DNA of 63,471 nt, filler included, from Pirum gemmata (lineage: Eukaryota): the NCBI GenBank assembly GCA_002812295.1. It is 12 parts of 12 records of this genome, joined end to end, with 100 filler letters (N's around TTAATTAATTAA, not from the genome) between each part and the next. Parts side by side here need not be neighbours in the genome. Positions count along the whole stretch, not along the records: positions 10,302 to 15,346 come from PDIN01000728.1; positions 15,447 to 20,472 come from PDIN01000729.1; positions 20,573 to 25,602 come from PDIN01000730.1; positions 25,703 to 31,411 come from PDIN01000731.1; 8 more parts are not named here. One strand, 5' to 3'. Shown in pieces: positions 12,522-25,838 of the stretch (positions are counted from its first letter, which is position 1; each line of letters opens with the position of its first letter). A program made the position numbers and the translations under genes. The notes beneath the pieces are model-generated. The model was given only the letters and a program-made list of their open reading frames with translations, was not told where the DNA came from and made no database searches.

Positions 12522-13006
12522 GGTAGTCAAGATTATGACACAAAAGGTTTTAAGAATATCTATAATAATGATATATTAATTAATAGTTAATGATATATAA
12601 AGAAAACAAGAAGAAAAATTTGAAAGTGATATTAACAAATTATGTTAATTATATAAGAATTTTTAAATCAATGTAAAAAGAATATGTAAACTTTTTATGA
12701 TTTTTTTCCAAAAAAACGAATCTGAGGACATTTTTACCTCTGTCGATTTATTTTATTGAACAAAAAAAGGAGGTAGTCAAGATTATGACACACAAAAAAA
12801 AAAATGAGAATATCTATAATAATACCTTACTTTTTTATATGATATATAATGAAAACAAGAAGAAAAATATGAATAGTGATACTAACAACTTATGTAACTT
12901 ACATAAGAATTTTTAAATCAAGGTAAAAAGAATATGTAAACTTTTTATATGATTTTTTTCCAAAAAAAAAACGAATCTGAGGTCTTTTTTACCTCTGTCG
13001 ATTTAT
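12522..13006 (+). repeat. Tandem duplication, unit ~250 bp
   Basis: GGTAGTCAAGATTATGACAC...TTTACCTCTGTCGATTTAT occurs at ~12522-12751 and ~12772-13006. Confidence 0.9.
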
Positions 13007-13385
13007 TAACCCGAAAATAGACTCAAATAGTAAATCCATTTTTTTTTTTGCTAACTGTCTGTTTTCAGACAGTTCGATTCGATAATAATAAATTTTGTTG
13101 TAATCCATAACAAACAATAATTGTTGAATAAAAACTTTTAATTAATAATAATTAACTTCTATTAATCATTTGATATATTATATTTAACTTTGATCAATCG
13201 TATAACAATCTTAAAACTTCTTCATTGAATATTATTATTACGTAATTATTACGCTATTCATTGACGTCATAAATTAAATAAAGAGTTGTATTATAAAATT
13301 ATAAAAGAAAAATATATATACTATTTTTTATTGTTTTATTGAATGTTATTATCATCGTGATCAAGTTTGCTTCGTTTTCTTTGCG

Positions 13386-13933
13386 CTACAATGTCTTTTT
13401 CCAGGTCTGCTCTATCCTTTTAATACCAAGTTTATGTGCTTCATACCAGCAGCTATTAACGTAGGCCTTATCTGACTTTTCACAATCCATCCAGTAAGTT
13501 GGTGGTAAATAGCATTGACATTTATCATATGACTTTTTGGCCTTACATGTACACTCATTGTATGTACTTGTTATATGATAAGACTTATGACAAGATATAC
13601 AATACTTCACTGAAGCAGGTGAATTGCGCTTTTTACAATAGAAGCACGTAATTTTTCAGGAAGAGTATAGCGTTGTTTTCCTTGTGTCCTTGTAACCTTG
13701 CTTACCTGAAAAGGGATACCTACACACTCTTCTTCCCTACTTTCCACTATTAGTTCATCTACACGCTTCTTACTAAATTCATCTGATTTTCTTTTTCTGT
13801 TACGTTTAGGAGTGAGTTTAGTTTCTGGCATTTCCATATTAACTTTTAAGTATGATACTGTTGGTCCCTATCTATTTTTTTTTTGTTTTTGCTATACTAT
13901 GAGCGTGATCACTTTGATCATCCTCCTCACTGC

Positions 13934-13973
<40 letters not shown>

Positions 13974-15346
13974 CTTTTTCAATGGCTCTGAAAATTCAAA
14001 CATAAACCTTTGGAACCCGCCAGATGAAGTTTTATTTTGTCGTGACCATCTATAATTCTTCAATACTTTCAAGGTTTTTGATTTTATTAGTGTCCATACC
14101 AAGTAGTTGGTTTACAGTATACATGTTTTTAAAAGCCATGGAAATATATTCCATAACTAACCGAGAACTTGTGGTCAAGCAACATCTCTGAAATGCCTTG
14201 ATCTTCTATGGTTAGAATTACTAAGTTTTTTCATTAAATCAGTAACATGCTGTGGCAAAAACTCTTCTTCCAAACACCATCACATTGCAGCATCTATTTC
14301 ACTTTGCAAAATATCAACATATTCATTAAGAAAATTGTCGTCGCGTGTGATACGAATAACCCTTAATATTTTCCCACCAGGAGCACCATAAGCAAGATAA
14401 CCCACTTTGCAAACAAAAACCACCATATGTTGAAATAATTGAAGTCGATATTTTTCATCAGGTATTAACTTTTTTAACTTTGCACCGACATCATTATCAT
14501 TCATATCAATAGATGCAAATTTGCCATATTCTCGTGCTATCATTCTCTCTGAATCTTTCAAATCATCAGTATTTCTGGTTTTCAATTCAAGCGCAAACCG
14601 TGATTTTTGATATTATAAATTATCACCAATATCAAAACGTTCTACTCCTACTGAATCTGGCGATTAAGCTATTAGTTTATTATCTTGTTAAGCACAGATG
14701 CCAACCTCCTTTAATGTCGTTACCTTTACATCTTTATAACTATCACTATCATTTATGGCCTTAACAAAACTTTCACACAGCAGTATTTCATTATTATGTC
14801 CTATTTCAAAGACGCTGCCTTCTTTTTTAGTTAAAGCAGGCTAGGCATGTGCCATCTCTTTAACATTTTACTTAATACATTCTCATCTTGCGTTAATTCG
14901 ATATTTCCGTTCCAATTAAAATAGGAAATAGTCATAAGGTAGTTTTGTATTTCGGTATTATTATCCTTATCACCATTATACCCAGTGGCAAGAGCTGCTT
15001 CTAACTGTTTTTTTTTTTAGAAGCTCGATGAAGATGCCGTGTCCATAAAGGCCAATTTAAAGCCCTTTCTAGTTTATATCAAGCAAAATTTTAGGATTCT
15101 TTGATGTGAACTGACTTCGAGTATATATATAGCTTTTTATCGAGCATGTATGTTCTCAAAAACTCACAACTTGTTTCCTTCTCTTCTACTGTACAAAATT
15201 TTCTGGTATACCTACATTGCTTTTTATATCATCCAACACATCGTCGTTCTCATATTCATTATTAGCTATATATAATAGATATTATGACAATGACTTAATT
15301 CTCGCTGACCATGAAGTATTCTTTGTAAGAAAGCTGACGTATCACC
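13386..15346 (-). pseudogene. Decayed transposon-type gene: YqaJ/lambda-exonuclease (PD-(D/E)xK) domain followed by a Cys/His-rich C-terminus resembling piggyBac; 5' end beyond the contig edge
   Basis: One minus-strand frame, reading through stops, gives FEIGHNNE...EVGICA*QDNKLIA*SPDSVG...FALELKTR...YRLQLFQHM...GYL, i.e. the YqaJ motifs G-x3-E, SPD, ExK and YxxQ. The C-terminus reads CISC...CTC...C...SCWYEAH. Confidence 0.7.
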
Positions 15347-15465
15347 NNNNNNNNNNNNNNNNNNNNNNNNNNNNNNNNNNNNNNNNNNNNTTAATTAATT
15401 AANNNNNNNNNNNNNNNNNNNNNNNNNNNNNNNNNNNNNNNNNNNNAATAATTTTTATTTATAAA

Positions 15466-15497
<32 letters not shown>

Positions 15498-15564
15498 GTT
15501 GTAGAAGTTGAGTATAAGTTGTTATCCCGAACATAGTCCGAAAAAGCCTCTAGCTAGAGCCGAA

Positions 15565-15897
15565 CAGAGATGTCAGGTCCGACCTTCCTTCTGGTCCGAG
15601 GACGCCCGGTCCGGCCCTTCGTCGGACATGACCTTTCCGGTCCGATAAATAAAAGTCGGGCCCGAAAAGCTTGGCTTTCGGGACCCGATATTTCGTGAAT
15701 TTTAATAGGGGATTTTTTTCCTAACCCTAACCCTAAACCTAAAACTCGGATAAGTTAATAAGCATTTTTGGATTTTTGTCCGAGAAAACTTTCGGGCCCG
15801 ACCGATCAAATGCCCGGACGTATGTAAAAATTGCGGACATGTCCGACGTCGGGCGGACATTGAAAAAGTGCTTTGTCCGACGGACCTTGACATCATG
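15565..15897 (+). mobile_element. hAT-like MITE (~330 bp) with 8-bp target-site duplication
   Basis: TIRs CAGAGATGTCAGGTCCG / CGGACCTTGACATC; many TCCGA/TCGGA subterminal repeats; GAGCCGAA on both flanks (15557-15564 and 15897-15904). Confidence 0.75.
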
Positions 15898-16437
15898 AGC
15901 CGAACCCTGAGCCGAACCTGAGCCGAACATCACATTTTGTATATGGTGCGTAATAATGTGTGTAAGTGGTGGATTTACTGGACAGGTGATTGGTGAGTCT
16001 GAGTGGCGACTTTGGTGAGCCTGGCGGTGCTGGCCCAACACTGCTGGGCGTGGGCCCCGCGTGGGCCCCTTTTTTTCTCTTTTTTTTTTTTTTATGATAT
16101 CATATCATATTCAATAGAGTCTTGGCATTATCATAAAACACCGCAGCCCCCCACCCACATTATTCCCTTTCAGATTAACATTATAAGCTTTCATTTTGCG
16201 ATCTAAGCCATTAAATGGCTATCTAGAAAAAGAGTATTTTCAAAACAATGGCGTCATTAATGAATGTACTGTACTACCCACAAAGTCCCACAAACAACAT
16301 GATAACTATAATATGATAGACTACTAGCTAGTTATGATAGCTAGCTAGCTACAGCTACAGGGTCTACCTGATGGTAACATATCGATATCTGTGGCCAATA
16401 ATACACTGACTATCGCTGTCTCTTATAGATAGAGTAG

Positions 16438-16602
16438 GGGAACATTCATAAAGGACGTTACTTATTCTTTGATAGAAGTCATTGATCGAAAGTGTGACTT
16501 TTAAACTGTTTTAGGCAGTAATTAATAATTATTAAAATGAACTTTAAATTATGATCAAAAATGTTTTGGACAAAGAGGCATAGGTAAAAGGTTAGGTGAC
16601 AC
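16438..16602 (+). mobile_element. MITE family E (PIF/Harbinger-like), copy with degraded right end
   Basis: Matches 61284-61456; starts GGGAACATTCATAAAGGACGT. Confidence 0.8.
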
Positions 16603-17015
16603 CCATTATGGGTGATTCCTACTAGCCTCAGCAGTTAGCCACAGTACCCCTTTTAGAATAATTTATATTATAATTTATCAAGTTAAGTTGCACAAGGGAT
16701 CGATACACAGACAGTAATACAGTGCTACTCTAGCTAGCTAGACTAAGAAATTAGAATTTTTTTTTTATTATATGTTATTCATATTATATAATGGTATGAT
16801 AAATAATAAAAAAAACAATGGCACAGGAACTCCGAACTGGCACAGGCTTTAGTGCCGCTTCACCCCCAGACCCAGAGCTTCACCCAGTAACAACAAGCAA
16901 ACCACAACAATTTATATTTTTTAAAAATATAATATCCTAGATATAGACCTCTATATTATGTATATTGTATAATTGTGTATTATTGATTATTGCAAAAAAC
17001 AAAAAAAACAAAAAA

Positions 17016-17057
<42 letters not shown>

Positions 17058-17420
17058 TAAAAAATAATAAAAAAAACAAATAAAAAACAAACAAACAAAC
17101 AAACAAACTTGTATCGATATGATAGCACTAGCTAGTAGTAGTCTAATTAGCAAACTAGCTAGCTAGCAAGCTGCAAGCAACTGTCTCTAGCTAGCTAGCT
17201 ACTAGCTAGTATCTTAGGATTCATAGCTAGCTAATAGAATCTGTAGAGAGCAATAACCAGAGAGCAATAAAGCAAACAAAATACAATCAGCCAATCAAAA
17301 TAGTATTTTTAAAAAAGACAATGATCTGGAGACACACATCTTACTATCAAATTAGTGTGGGTTCAGTGCGGGACTGCGGGTTCCAAAATATGTCTTGTAT
17401 AATAAGTTGTATTTATAAAA

Positions 17421-17492
<72 letters not shown>

Positions 17493-17716
17493 AATAAACA
17501 ATTAGGAAGTATAATGATATTTTTTTTTTAATATATTGAGGGCCATACATATTCAAAACCGAATAAAAAACCGAAAAGGTGCACGTGTACGTTAGGGATC
17601 CTAATTATAAATTAGGGAATTTTAAAAGTTATAAATTACCGGTAGGCTTGATCGATTTTCACAATATTAAATGACGCCTAATAAAGTCTAACTAGATAAT
17701 ATATCATATGCATATA

Positions 17717-17871
17717 TTGTGCTGTTCATTTATTTTGTCACTCTGAATATTTATTTGGTTGTGATAATATTTAAGTTGACATTTTTTTAAATGAATAAAA
17801 TTTTAATAGATAATATAATATACCAAATTTAATGAAATGGATTCATATAGTACTAGTATTAATTTGGTACT
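17717..17871 (+). mobile_element. MITE family A, 3'-truncated (diverged partials also at ~9930-10000, ~18199-18415 minus, 24848-24906, 59511-59660)
   Basis: Left TIR and core match family A. Confidence 0.8.
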
Positions 17872-17883
17872 TAGTATAAAATT

Positions 17884-18157
17884 GGGAAGGGTAACACCCC
17901 TCCAATATGGCTCTGAAATTTTCATTTTCCGCTGCGGCTGCGGCTTACTATTTACAGTAAAAATAAACTATTTAAAGTAACTTTTAAGCTACTATAGTAA
18001 GACTGTCCTAAAAAAAGCAAATTGTTTTACTATTAATGGTTTACAATTTACTTAATTGGGAATGACTGCGGGTTGCGGAATTAGTGTCAATTTAAGGGGT
18101 CATTTAAAAAAAAAGACTCATTTACTATAAGACTCTTATAGGTGTCACCCCTCCTAT
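17884..18157. mobile_element. Possible MITE with imperfect TIRs
   Basis: GGGAAGGGTAACACC at the left, GGTGTCACCCCTCCT at the right; CCGC/GCGG inverted motifs inside; single copy in the window. Confidence 0.4.
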
Positions 18158-19330
18158 AAAATTAATACGCTATTGTAAGTTTATATTATATTATATTGTA
18201 CTTTTCAGAGCTCTTTTCCGTTATATTGTCAAAATAGCATAATATGCAGTAATAAATACCAAGTTAATGCTATATCAAATTTATTTGATACAATTTAATA
18301 AACTTGCCGTGTTTAATAATTTATATTTCAATTTAAAATAACCACGTTTATAATATAAACTCAAAAGTACCAAATAAATATTCTAAATAAGTGACAAAAT
18401 AAATGAAAAGCAGGATATAATAACTTGTAGGGAAATAGAAATTAAACTCAATATCAAAAATATTTCTTTTCCTTATGTTTATGTATTAACTGATAGTTAC
18501 AAAAACTGTTACAAAGAAATATTTTGATTAGATATTAATATTGTCATAATATTATTGATAAATATAGTATAAATAAATGTTTTAAAAAACTATCACATGC
18601 TAGTTCACCGACCACAACAAACAACAAATAACAACAGGGATATTGCGTGGACCCTTTGATCTGAACATCTTCAACTAGCTACTACTACTAGAGAAAGAGA
18701 AACCGGACCATTAAAATCTTCAATAAGGAAACATTTTTTTTTTAGAAAATAAAAGTATTCGACAGCACTCTACAGTATTCTACAGGAATACTAAGAATAC
18801 TATTGGTATTGGTTATTGATTCGATAAATATGATATTTATTTTTTTATTATATTATATGCATAATAATAATAACTAGATAATAATATGGTAATAAAAACA
18901 AAAAAGAACAAAAAAAAAAATGAACAATATTTATAATATTTATATTACTAGATGTATATTGTATATATGCTGTAAACACCTCTCAAAAAATAACAATAAA
19001 AATTTTCTTTTTCTATAGTATGACACTAGAGATGATTAGACAATCATGATGATAATAAACTATATAGAAAAATAATATTTCTCCATCAAAAAAAAAAGAA
19101 AAATAGAAAAAAATCTGAAAAGGAAAAAAATCACAGGGATTCACAAGAATCACAACCACCTAAAACATTTAATAGGAAAAAAAAAAAAAAACACTAAAGA
19201 AACAGTTATCATACTATCATTCGCTCAATCTCTACTACTAGCTAGTACTATAGCAGCATAGCTACTAGAGCTAGCTAGTCCTTTTGAGCTAGTCATAGCT
19301 AGCTAGTAGTGTAGACTATCTGATAGTCTA

Positions 19331-19490
19331 TCGTGTTTTTCAATAGTGTTGTCCAGTTCAAAACTGAAATAAGCTTACCAAATTATAATTAATTGGTCAT
19401 GTTTTAATTAATTTGATATTTTATATAGTAATTTTATATTTATAAAAAAGTTTAATTATACAATTGAACGGTACCAAATTAAAGAAAGAA
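19331..19490 (+). mobile_element. MITE family B, partial (also 26420-26520, 31600-31735, 33571-33680)
   Basis: Starts TA|TCGTGTTTTTCAATAGTGTTGTCCAGTTCAAAACTG, the same as 33041. Confidence 0.75.
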
Positions 19491-19924
19491 AGGACAATAG
19501 AGGATAGAGAGGATAATAATGACTTCAATAGTAGACGTCTCTCTCTACTAGCTAGCTAGCTAGCCAGTATCGGCATTATATGAGCTCAAAAATCCAAAAA
19601 AATCTCAAAATGATCCAATGCAATATTAAAATTATTTTAAAAAATATGTAGTCTACACACACTACACAGTTCACTACACACAGACTCTACAGTTAGTCAT
19701 TATATCAATAAATATTATGATATCATATGCATATATGATATATGATATATCGATATGATAAAGGTCTAGCTGGAAGGACCTAGCTCTCAGTAGTTAGCTA
19801 GTCTATGTAGTACTAGTCTGTCTACTGTAAAAATATCAAAAGGTAAAAAAATCTAGTCCGACTCTACGGTCTCTACCTGTAGTTTATTGTTGTTTTTTCC
19901 TTATAAAATATAAAATAAAGATCT

Positions 19925-20067
19925 AGAATACCAAAGTAATACAACATAAATCCGTTTCATTTTATTTGGTATATTTTATTATCTATTTATTCATTTAAAA
20001 ATGTCAATTTAAATACTATAACCAACCAAATAAATATTCAGAGTGACAAAATAAATGAAAAGCACGA
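19925..20067 (-). mobile_element. MITE family A, partial, reverse orientation
   Basis: Ends GAGTGACAAAATAAATGAAAAGCACGA-TA. Confidence 0.8.
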
Positions 20068-20105
20068 TAGGANNNNNNNNNNNNNNNNNNNNNNNNNNNN
20101 NNNNN

Positions 20106-20258
20106 CCTTATCTTACCTATGCCTCTTTGTCCAAAACACTTTTGGTCATAATTTTAAAGTTCATTTCAATAATTAATTACTGCCTAAAACAGTTTAAGTC
20201 ACACTTTCGAACAATGACTTCTATCAAAGAATAAGTGACGTCCTTTATCAAGTTCCCA
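20106..20258 (-). mobile_element. MITE family E, reverse copy
   Basis: Reverse complement of the core of 61284-61456. Confidence 0.8.
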
Positions 20259-21052
20259 TACTACTAGCTAGCTAGGGTCTGCCTGGTTTGTAGCGGTAGA
20301 CCACTATGATACTAGCTAGAGAGCCGAGACATGCCTAGCTAGTTAGCCTACCACATGGCACATTCCTCCCTTGTAAAAAAAACATGGAAAAAGGAAAAAT
20401 AAGTGAAAAAAATAAACTAAAAATAAGCTGAAAAATACCACTAAAATACCACTGAAAAAAAAAAAAAAAAAANNNNNNNNNNNNNNNNNNNNNNNNNNNN
20501 NNNNNNNNNNNNNNNNTTAATTAATTAANNNNNNNNNNNNNNNNNNNNNNNNNNNNNNNNNNNNNNNNNNNNTAGGGTTAGGGTTAGGGTTAGGGTTAGG
20601 GTTAGCTGACTCAGTGCTGAGCCCTGCTCCAGCCAGCTAGCTAGCTACTAATAGAGGCAGACTCAGGCAGTATCATACTACTCGAGTACTGACTATAATG
20701 CAGCCAGACAAGATTTATACGCAATTCTATCATTCTGATACTCTAATAGTTCCTATGATAGATAAGTGATATCATCGCAAGCTACTGCTATCGTAGTAGA
20801 AAAGGCCATCGTACTACTGATCGTAGTCCATTGTCTACCAAAGCAAAAGTGAAACAATTGGCTCGTTGAAAAGTTTGAAGTACATCATTCTTAATTTGGA
20901 AAAGTAAAGGAAGGCTGGTAAATTTGAAGTAAAAATCATTTCTTGTCTACATTATATTATTTGTCTATATTATATTATTTGGTTACAAACAAACTAAACC
21001 ATAGTTTGAAAATTAGAGTTAGAGCCGGTCTAGTCTAGGGTCTGTCCCGTCT

Positions 21053-21118
21053 GGTTAGGGTTAGGGTTAGGGTTAGGGTTAGGGTTAGGGTTAGGGTTAG
21101 GGTTAGGGTTAGGGTTAG
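21053..21118 (+). repeat. Interstitial (TTAGGG)n
   Basis: About 11 hexamers within unique DNA; a short array also opens this contig at 20573. Confidence 0.95.
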
Positions 21119-21416
21119 AAATGAGAATGAATTAGTCTGGTTAGGGTTGATGGCTTCGATCCCTACTTAGACCAGTGTTTAGGTGTGCTTAGTGAATTAC
21201 TTAGTTGTTAATTAAGTGGTAGCTCGTACGAATTATCGACAAATACTACTAATCATTAATCGACATCTACAGACAATCTCATGTATACATAAAGGGGTTA
21301 GGGAGCTGACTAGGCTCAGGAAGTGTTAGGGTTAGGTATGATATATTATAATAATATTATATAATATTATCATAGACTAATCTTTTTTTAATAATGGGAG
21401 ACTCAAAGGAGTAAAA

Positions 21417-21662
21417 CAGTAGGGGTGAGATGACGTCATTTTATGATTACCGAACAGCTGCCGGAACTTTTCCGATTTTTATGGTTTTTATTACTATTGA
21501 TGTTAATATTATTATTTTAATTGGTATCTACTATAATTAGATTTACTATTTTAAGCTATTTAACTTCTATTATTAGTAAGAACCACGGAACTAAGGTTGG
21601 CTCGATAAGCATCTGTTCGAAAAAAGTTCCAGTAGATATTTCACCCNTCACCCCTACTACTG
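21417..21662 (+). mobile_element. MITE family F (CAGTAGGGGTGA termini, Tc1/pogo-like); second partial copy at 24905-25097 minus
   Basis: TIRs CAGTAGGGGTGAGA / TCACCCCTACT(ACT)G; about 190 bp shared with the reverse copy. Confidence 0.7.
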
Positions 21663-21732
21663 TGACAGACAGTTTTACGCGTTTTTTCCAGTCACTTATT
21701 GGTAGACGTTTAGGATCGTTTTTAGGGCTATA

Positions 21733-21774
<42 letters not shown>

Positions 21775-21964
21775 CATAACTGATTGGTCTAAGACTGATT
21801 GACTACTGATTGATACTTTATTTACATTCTTATTCTATATATAGTAATTTTACGAATAATTTTTTTGGTTTACTCTTCCAATCGCAGGGCAAAATAAAAT
21901 TGGGCTCCCTCAGTGCAGTCACTGCAGTGTGAACTCCTTTTCACAACTCTACTAACTACATATT

Positions 21965-22022
21965 ACCCTAACCCTAACCCTAACCCTAACCCTAACCCTA
22001 ACCCTAACCCTAACCCTAACCC
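21965..22022 (-). repeat. Interstitial (CCCTAA)n
   Basis: Pure hexamer array. Confidence 0.95.
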
Positions 22023-23023
22023 GAGGAGCTTTTGTCGTTGGTTGGGGTTGGGGTCTATCAGGGGTTTATCATCATCTGGCAGTCATTGCTAAAATGATTG
22101 CATCATTTATTTTCAGTCATTAATTTTATTCATATGATAGTAATTTGATAGCACTAAATTGATTTTTTACTTATTATAATAAAAAAGAAGAACATGATTT
22201 TATTTTTATTATGATACATGTTCTGGATATAATAACAAAAAATTGTTATATTAATATTTTAATATATTATTATGCTCTTTTAATTATAAAAGACGACTAG
22301 CACGTCTCGGAGGTTTCCTAGAGTTCGAATTCCTGCTTTCTTTCATAGTTGAATATTCAGAAGATATCAATAACGTTAACTCTAATAATAACAACCCTAA
22401 CAGACCCTAACTCAAACACTAGTACCACTTTATAATTAATTAACCCTAACGTTAATTAAACCGTAACGGCAACGGTAACCGTAACCGTAACCTTAAACCC
22501 ACCCCTAACCCCTAACCCATCCTAGTTATAACCTTAACCCATATGTGATACCCCTAGCCCTAACTCCCTAACTCTAGCCTCAAGGCTTAATTAACTGTCC
22601 CTAACAAAAAAAAAAAACTATGATCTAAGTGGGGGGGGTTAGGCCCTGGTTAGGGACGTGTTAGTCTTCTTTATTAGAAGGGTATTTATTAATTTAAATA
22701 GGGTCAGTCAACAGGCTACTTTTCAGTGAAAGCTAGTAGGTAATTTAGTCTATTGTCTAAGTGCATAAGGGGCACCGCTTTTCACATATCACATATGACA
22801 TACATATGATTTGACTGAACATAAGATTTTTAAATTTTGAAGTTCAAGGTTGGTATTTATTTATAAACTCCTTTCAGCTATTTCGTTTCATGTTTTAAAA
22901 ACCATTCGTTTCTATAATTATTTTTTCAGTATTTTTTCTATGTATTTTAATATATATTTTAATTTTAATTAACTAAAAATCTGGAGCGATAATATCAGAT
23001 TTTTGGTGTTTTTTGTAGTCTAG

Positions 23024-23265
23024 CCTAACCCTCTACCCTACTAACCCTAACCCTAACCCTAACTCTAACCCTAACTCTAACTCTAACTCTAACCCTAACC
23101 CTAACCCTAACCCTAACCCTAACCCTAACCCTACCTCTAACCCTAACCCTAACCCTAACCCTAACTCTAACCCTACCTCTAACCCTAACCCTAACCCTAA
23201 CCCTAACCCTAACCTAGAGTAACCCTAACCCTAACCCTAACCCTAACCTAGAGTAACCCTAACCG
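23024..23265 (-). repeat. Degenerate interstitial (CCCTAA)n with CTCTAA variants and higher-order units
   Basis: About 240 bp of telomere-type hexamers. Confidence 0.95.
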
Positions 23266-23499
23266 TTGAGAACTACATGGCTTTCTAGTGTTGTCTACAG
23301 TCCAAAATGAGTCCAAAATGCTCCAAAATGACTGTTCACGTTTCATGTTTTATTCAATATCTCGATAAATTTTTATGCCATAGAGTTGTAGAGGGGGTCT
23401 ATGTAGTAAAAAGTCTACTAGCTTACTAGCTTACTAGTAGCTCTAGTAGTAGACTAGCTAGAGCAACTTGCTAAGCTTGGAGCCCAGCTAGCTAGCTAG

Positions 23500-23650
23500 C
23501 TAGAGCTTGGAGCTCCTAGCTACTAGCTAGATAGACTATCATTGGGATACAGCATTGGGATACTACTACTACTAGCTAGCTAGAGCTTGGAGCTCCTAGC
23601 TACTAGCTAGATAGACTATCATTGGGAACTACGAACTACTACTACTAGCT
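23500..23650 (+). repeat. Tandem duplication (~80-bp unit) in a CTAG-rich tract
   Basis: TAGAGCTTGGAGCTCCTAGCTACTAGCTAGATAGACTATCATTGGGA is repeated. Confidence 0.85.
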
Positions 23651-24150
23651 AGCTAGCTAGTAGTAGTCTAGCTAGCTAGCTGTCTAATAGAAAATAGGAA
23701 AATTTTAATAGTCTTTTTTTCGAGTCTTTTTTTTCTTCGAGCCGATGTTTCTTTACATTTTTGGTTTGTTTATTTTTACAAATAATTATGATTATTTATT
23801 CTAGACCACAACAGCTACCACAAAGTTATCATTTTCGAGCTCTTAGGGCTCGATTTACAACTGAACACCCATTCTATTTTAATTAAATGAAAAGCTCTGC
23901 TAGCTAGTAGCTACCTAGCTAGAGGTATATAGAATTGTTCGAAAGGATCAAACAAGTACAAGCGTGTATATGATATTATGATATGATAAAAAATTTTGAT
24001 GTTTTTTTTTATGACTTTTTACAGGTAGCTAGCTAGACTACTATGATAGCTACTATGATAGCTAGCTAGTATGATAGTAGCTCTACTACTAGGTTACTAG
24101 CCAGTTGTAGGCTCTAGCTAGCTAGCTAGTAGTAGAGCTATGCTACTACT

Positions 24151-24288
24151 GTTCAAATACTACGTAAAGCAATTTCCGGTCAAATACAGCTTCAAATACC
24201 CCTACCTATCTACCCCTCGACGTTTATTTCCGGTCAAATACCACCTACCTACCTACCCCTTGACGTGACGTATTATTTAACGATCCCT
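24151..24288 (+). mobile_element. MITE family D (PIF/Harbinger-like)
   Basis: Matches 28656-28787. Confidence 0.8.
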
Positions 24289-24450
24289 CTAGCTACTACT
24301 ATTTTAAAATACTAAGCTCTAGCTAGCTAGAGCTAGCTAGGGGGGAGCGCTGAGAATATGTATATATAGAAGAGGGCGTGTGTCTTTTATTTTTTTCTAT
24401 TGGTTCTTTATACTTATTCTTTTTTTTTTTTTTTTTTTTTTTTTTGTTTT

Positions 24451-24490
<40 letters not shown>

Positions 24491-25702
24491 CACACCCAAG
24501 CTGGCGATAATGTTTTTTTAGGAAGGATCAAAAGGTAAACGATTAAAATGTGCAAGGTTGTATCGTGATGGTTATCGTGATATGTCTTGACTCTTGATTA
24601 AAAAAAAAGTTTGGATTAAAAGGGAAATGATTCATGTGTAACAGTGTAAGTTGTAAGTTTCATGAATAATTTTGTGCTAGTTTAAAAAAAAATATGGCCG
24701 CGGTTATGTTTATGTTTTTTTAAAATAGTTATATTGATAATTGCAGGTGTGGTTATGGTTATGGTTTATATATTATATTTTAAAAATTTTTATGATATAT
24801 AAATGGTTTTGGTTATGTTTTTTTCCCTCTTTTTTCAGAATCAGATATTGTGCTTTTCATTTATTTTGTCACTCCGAATATTTATTTGGTTGTTTATGAT
24901 GTCAACTTTTTTCGAACAGATGCTTATCGAGCCAACCTTATTTCAGTGCTTCTTACTAATAATAGTAGTTAAATAACTTAAAATAGTAAATCTAATTGTA
25001 GTAGATACCAATAAGTAATAATATTAACATTAATAGTAATAAAAACCATAAAATCGGAAAAGTTCCAGCAGCTGTTAGGGTTATCTCACCCCTACTGTTT
25101 TATGATACAAATTTGTTTGAAAAATTTTCCATATATATTATTTTTAATCTCACCAATAGTTCACCAATGTATTCTATTAAATATATAAATAAATGATATC
25201 ACATAAGCTAAACCTGTCCAACTTTAATAAGGATAATATAGAATAGTTATATAATTCTTGTTTTGACCCAAAAATATATAATTCTAACCATATATTTTCT
25301 TTATTTGGTCTCTTTTTTTTTTTTTTATTTTTTTTTTATTAAAATTTTTAGGTTAGAATTTTCATTTTTTTGGTCTTCGTATAAGGCAATTGTTTTTTTT
25401 TTAATATGTTTGAATATTATCGAAATATTTAAAAAAATTAAAATTAATTTGATTCGATTTTTTTTTAATTTGATTCGATTTTTTTGAAGTTTTGCTATTT
25501 GTTTAAAAGTTGGATGGCTTTAGACTATGTACACCATATCATCTATTTTTTTTTTTTCATGTTTCCGTTTTTATTTTGGTAGTTTTTGTTTTTTTTTTTT
25601 TTNNNNNNNNNNNNNNNNNNNNNNNNNNNNNNNNNNNNNNNNNNNNTTAATTAATTAANNNNNNNNNNNNNNNNNNNNNNNNNNNNNNNNNNNNNNNNNN
25701 NN

Positions 25703-25838
25703 TCATTAATTTCCGGATTCGAACAAAGCAAAAATTCGGGATCCGAAAAAAAATTGAAAAAAATCGGACGGATCCAATGAGAAACCCGGGTCGGATCTCG
25801 GATTTCGGATGCGAATATTTTCCGGATTCACAACCCTG
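25703..25838 (-). mobile_element. Terminus of a hAT-like element
   Basis: Minus strand begins CAGGGTTGTGAATCCGGA followed by many TCCGA/TCCGG subterminal repeats; a similar end occurs at ~31322-31411. Confidence 0.5.

Noticed and set aside
13386..13610. Fanzor/TnpB zinc-finger C-terminus
   Set aside because: No RuvC motifs found; the upstream frame has lambda-exonuclease motifs instead.
20573..20596. True chromosome ends at contig starts (also 31512)
   Set aside because: The G-rich strand points into unique DNA, the wrong polarity for a terminus; only 36615 has terminal polarity, and it is short and degenerate.
22295..22350. tRNA/SINE head (GAGTTCGAATTCC; similar B-box-like motif at ~12390 minus)
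   Set aside because: Only a B-box-like motif; no A box, cloverleaf, tail or TSD.
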